DNA of 55,930 nt from Octopus bimaculoides (taxonomy: Eukaryota): assembly GCF_001194135.2 (NCBI RefSeq), contig NC_068987.1:96573545-96629474 (forward strand), given 5' to 3'. The translations under genes were made by a program, and so were the position numbers. Shown piece after piece: positions 51,351-55,930 of the stretch (its first letter is position 1; every line of letters starts with the position of its first letter). A model generated the notes under the pieces. It made no database searches. It saw only the letters and a list, made by a program, of their open reading frames with translations, and had not been told where the DNA came from.

Positions 51351-54300
51351 TGTAAATAAATATTGTTGTGTTGATAGTTCAGAATCTGTGTTCCGTTGTT
51401 TCTTCAGAATTTAATGTACGGAAGCGGGTATACACTTAATGGTGTATAACCACTTTCCTACAACTCTTTTCAGTCACTGAACTAAAGGCCATCCATACTG
51501 GAGACAATGCTTCATAGAGTTATAGTCAATCTTATTTTAGTCTAGTACTATTTTATTGATAATCATCAAATCCCTAAAGGGCACATTAACAAAGAGATGC
51601 AATAGTTTACATTGGTAAACACATAAACAGATAGACAGACAGACAGATAAACACATACATTCAAACATACCACAGGCTTCCTCAGTTTCAGCTTACCAGA
51701 TTCTACTCACAAGGATGCCACGTGAAGAATTCAAATCCAGAACATGATAATTGTGAATTGAACTTCTTAATTACATGACTACATGGAGACACATCATATA
51801 TTATCTGTTATCTATTTACCAACCTAGCAACAGTTTTGTGTGTTTGTGTGTGTGTGTGTGTGTGCGCGCACGTGCACGCATGTGATCACATGTAAAAAGA
51901 AGATCATCAAATACACTACTACTTAGGTATTTCCCATGTTTTTCCAGCATTTGATTTTAATATTTTCTTCTATTACTCAATGAGTATGTATTACAGCAAA
52001 ATGGCCTGATAAGGAATTGGACTACCAGCTGGTGATTTGCCAATTCAAATCCACTGCAAGCATTACATTATGTTCCCAGGTAGATCACATTATTCTACAT
52101 TACATCTATTCACATAACCTAAAAAAAAATCATTCATGAGATCACCTGGGGATGATACCTGCATCAGACCAATGTTTTATCTAGTGGGAGATTTTGTTTT
52201 TGTTACCTTCTCAAACTCATGAAATGAGTGTTATGCACCACTGGCCCATAAAAGTTCCTTTAGTATTTAAGAAGCATTTTATACTTTTGCTTTCAATGTT
52301 TGTGAATAATGAAAGTCACCAGAACTATAGAGTGAATAGGAAATACAAACCAAAGACTTGTATTTTAGTGTAAAGAGAGAAAAGGTTTTAAGCAGGGCTC
52401 TTCATTAGAGAAAGTAAACATTGACCCCTACCATCGAGTAAAAGACAATCCTGGAAACATTAGTCATAACCTTTTCTCACAACACCTCAACATAGTATCT
52501 TTCTTTTAGGTTTCTTATGTAAACCATTTCTAAATTTTCTAATTTCATGTTTTGAATCTACTTGTTTCAAGAAAATGCGCTTCTTGCTTTGTCCCCGGTT
52601 AACCCTGATCAAGCATGCTTATAGCCAAAGCATTCAAACATTGACCATTCCTTGTAATTTTTGTTCAGAAATAACATATCCAGGATTACATTACTCAATC
52701 TGTGCTTTTCTTTCTTAACATAGTAGGGCATGACAGTTCAACTGGCAAGTCAAAAGACTATGTAGAGTGATCACAGACAGGCTTGCATCCCAATCGGTTC
52801 CTGGAAATGTTTTAAACCTGATGCGGAGTTTGTTGTCTTCATTATGTCCTATAAGTTCTTCGCACTTTAGCACTTCAACAATATTCTTATTAACTGAGAA
52901 TTAGCCAGTGTACTTGAACTTATGTGAAGTTACTGTTCTGTCAACCAAAGGTGACAAAAATGATGTATCATCAAGGACATTCTTGTTAGGAAGCTTCAAC
53001 CATCACCTCTAGTCTGTATACAGTCTATCAATCAAGTATAGCTCTGTGGTAACGTTCTGGTCTAAAATTATGAGTTCAAATTTTGCTAGAGTTGACGTAT
53101 TTCATTCTCCCCATGATAATAGTACCAGCAATATACTGAGATCAATTCAATCAACTATATTCCTATTCATTAATAGTGTATAACCAAATTGGTAAATACT
53201 CCACAGGGATGATTTTTGCCTTTCAGTTTAGTACCAAAGCCAGTCTATATAAACTGCATCATAATTTGTAGCACTGCATCTAATTCAAAATTACTATTAT
53301 TATTATTATTATAAAAGGCAACAGAAATAGAAGAACAACAAACTAAGTGACTTACAGCACTTGAAACTGGTGCTTCTTAGAGGTCAGTTCAAATCTCATA
53401 AGTGTTGGCTAATAATGTAAGTACTACTGATACAATGCTTTGATTCCAACAAAAATAGTCTTGAAAAGCCACAAATGTAATTTTTGCTTTTCTTCTTTCA
53501 GAACGTCATTAAAATGAATTTCAATTCAGTTGCAATTTTAATTCAATTCATTCATATGCACTTCAACATTACAGTGTATTACAGTGTATAAACAAAATAG
53601 AAAATTAAATATTATTAATCAAGGATTCATCACAAAGGAAGAAATTGATGGCAGGGTGTCAAAGACTCTTTGTGTGTCTTATAACAGAAACAACAAGACA
53701 ACACCATAAATTCAAATATTGGAGTCAATTTAATAGCATCTACACCTTCTTCTAAAACTGAGGCGCCTGTGTCTACATTAGAAAAACTTATTTTAATGCA
53801 GAATACAGGGTAAGCACTAGTGCCCTATAGAGTACACTAGATGTATAAGTAAAAACAAAAGATAATAGAATGGTCACGATATTAACAATGTAAAGTTAAG
53901 CAGAAAACGGATTAAAGTGAGATATATAGACAATGGGAAGGAAAATAGTGAATAATGATGCAGTAAATTTCAGTACACATTGAAAACAATCTCACATGAA
54001 TAAAAGGGAGATTATTGATGGCAAGGGAGACAACTCAATGGGCCAATGCGAGAGCAGCTGCCAGTCCTGCTTTACAGCAACTAATCTTCCACGAAATAAC
54101 ATTCTACTGCTTCAAGAACACTTAGATTAATGTGGGTGTGAATGTATTGTGCCAAAGAAAAATAAGGAATGAGTACAACTGGTACACTGTTGATCGTTGG
54201 TCTGTTCAAACAAGGCTGGCTTGAATATGATAAAAACTGTATACAAAACTTAAAACAGAATATAGTAAAAGGAAAAAAGTTGCCTTATTCACTACACAAA

Positions 54301-55857
54301 CCTGTTTCACTTTATCCACCTGACACTAACAAATTATCTATCTTCATTTTATTTATTAGCTCATCCTAAGAGAAGCTGCATCTGTGAACTTAGAGATGTT
54401 AAAAATGAATATCAACCATATTGGTCTCACTGATCTAAGTCTGCAATTATAAGAAAGAATTGAGCAGTCATGGAGATAAAGTAGAGTCATGAGAAAAAAT
54501 AAGTTGATTTCATTGGGTTGGGCAGAACAGATAAGTAACTAGCAAATTCATAGAAGTCTGCTGTAATAGTGGTAGAAAGACAGTGCATTTGTAAGCTACT
54601 AGTTTCAATGCAGTGTAAAGTGGATCACTGTCAATAAGTCAAATGGTCTTCTTTTGGATGTAATCTAGGATGTCTTTTGCATGTAGTATTAGCTTAACAA
54701 CAAATGTCTGAGCATTACTACAATGTGGGTCTTACTTGAATTTTATAGGTCAACATTTAATCATGGCTAAAATATTTGCTACTCTAAAAGAAAACCTAGA
54801 CTTGGGTTTGTGGTTTGTAGTTTTGGCAATAATATATATATGAAGTCACTGTGGACATTGAGGCCTATCATGACTTCAGTTTAAACTGCAGATCATTTAT
54901 GAGTAAAGTAGATAAAGTACATGAATGTTCCTTTGATAACTGTAGTGATCATGTTTATATGCTATAAAAGACAAGGTTGTCACATTTATATTAAATAATG
55001 TCTCTTTTAGAGGAGGCAGTGCAGGTCTGGCATGTGGTATCTAAGTTACAAATGGATTACACTTGTGTGTAAAAGGATAAAAAGTATTAAATAACAGTAT
55101 TATCTGAAGAATGTGTATTATTAGAAATGACAGTAAATGTGTTGTTAGTATACAAAATAATGAGCATGGATCACATAACAGAATCTTTGATCAGACCAGA
55201 GCAGAGAGTGTCAACCAAATCCACTCACAAGGCCAAGGCTATAGTAGAAGACACTTGCCCAAGGTGTCATGCAGTGGGACCGAATCTGGAACCATGTGGT
55301 TGGGAAGCAAGCTTCTTACCACAGAGCCACACCTTATTCACTGCCTTAAAGTTTAATGTTGTCTGCAGCTGAATTATTTTGTAGTTAAGTGTCACTGATG
55401 AATAACACAGTGAATCAAATATTTGGAACTACTTTTAATGGTGACTGATCTAAGCTGCTCCATCAATTGCACATGCAATAATGTTTTTGAGAGGAACATT
55501 TATACAATTAACCCTTACTGCTAGACTGGCCCTCATGCCGGTGGCACGTAAAAAGCACCCACTACACTCTTGGAGTGGTTGGTGTTAAGAAGGGCATCTA
55601 GCTGTAGAAACTCTGCCAGATCAGATTGGAGTCTGGTGTACCCATCTGGTTCACCAGTCTCCAGTCAAATCGTCCAACCCATGTTAGCATGGAAAGCGGA
55701 TGTTAAATGATGATGAATTACACATATGTACATATATAAACATATCTATATAAACACATATATACACATTCATACATATATGCACATACACACATATATA
55801 TACACACACACACACACACACATATATATACACACACACACACACACATATATATAT

Positions 55858-55890
<33 letters not shown>

Positions 55891-55930
55891 TATATATACA
55901 CACACACACACACACATATATATATACACA

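Noticed and set aside
53490-53600. Plus-strand acceptor ttcttctttcag| as an exon of the rightward gene
   Set aside because: All three frames close within about 30 codons and there is no recognisable homology.

Overview
AT-rich eukaryotic DNA, dense in repeats and microsatellites, with six N-gaps. The SINE/LINE repertoire suggests an octopod cephalopod, but this is inference from recognising repeat families. Most of the window is the 5' half of one minus-strand gene, a RUN-and-FYVE-domain (RUFY1/2/3-family) gene. Two coding exons are identifiable: an N-terminal exon at 41057-41180 (MAQETIYLCNFRVSVDGDWLCLREL, matching the RUFY3-type N-terminus) and the first RUN-domain exon at 4814-4984. They join in phase across a 36,072-bp intron; later exons were not found and probably lie left of the window. 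A CpG-rich promoter-like island with NRF1/ETS/E2F motifs sits at about 51.1-51.3 kb and may be bidirectional. The rest is decayed mobile DNA: two DD37D (maT-type) and two mariner-type Tc1/mariner relics; RTE, CR1-like, R4/Dong-like and L1/Tx1-like LINE fragments; several SINE families; and several MITE/foldback elements. Most ORFs in the supplied track are microsatellite or N-gap artefacts. I found no clearly new protein-coding system. The best leads are a TIR element with a 6-bp TSD carrying internal TTAGGG repeats, alternative or dual-frame 5' architecture of RUFY, a CpG-retaining intronic domain, and many long intronic hairpins.
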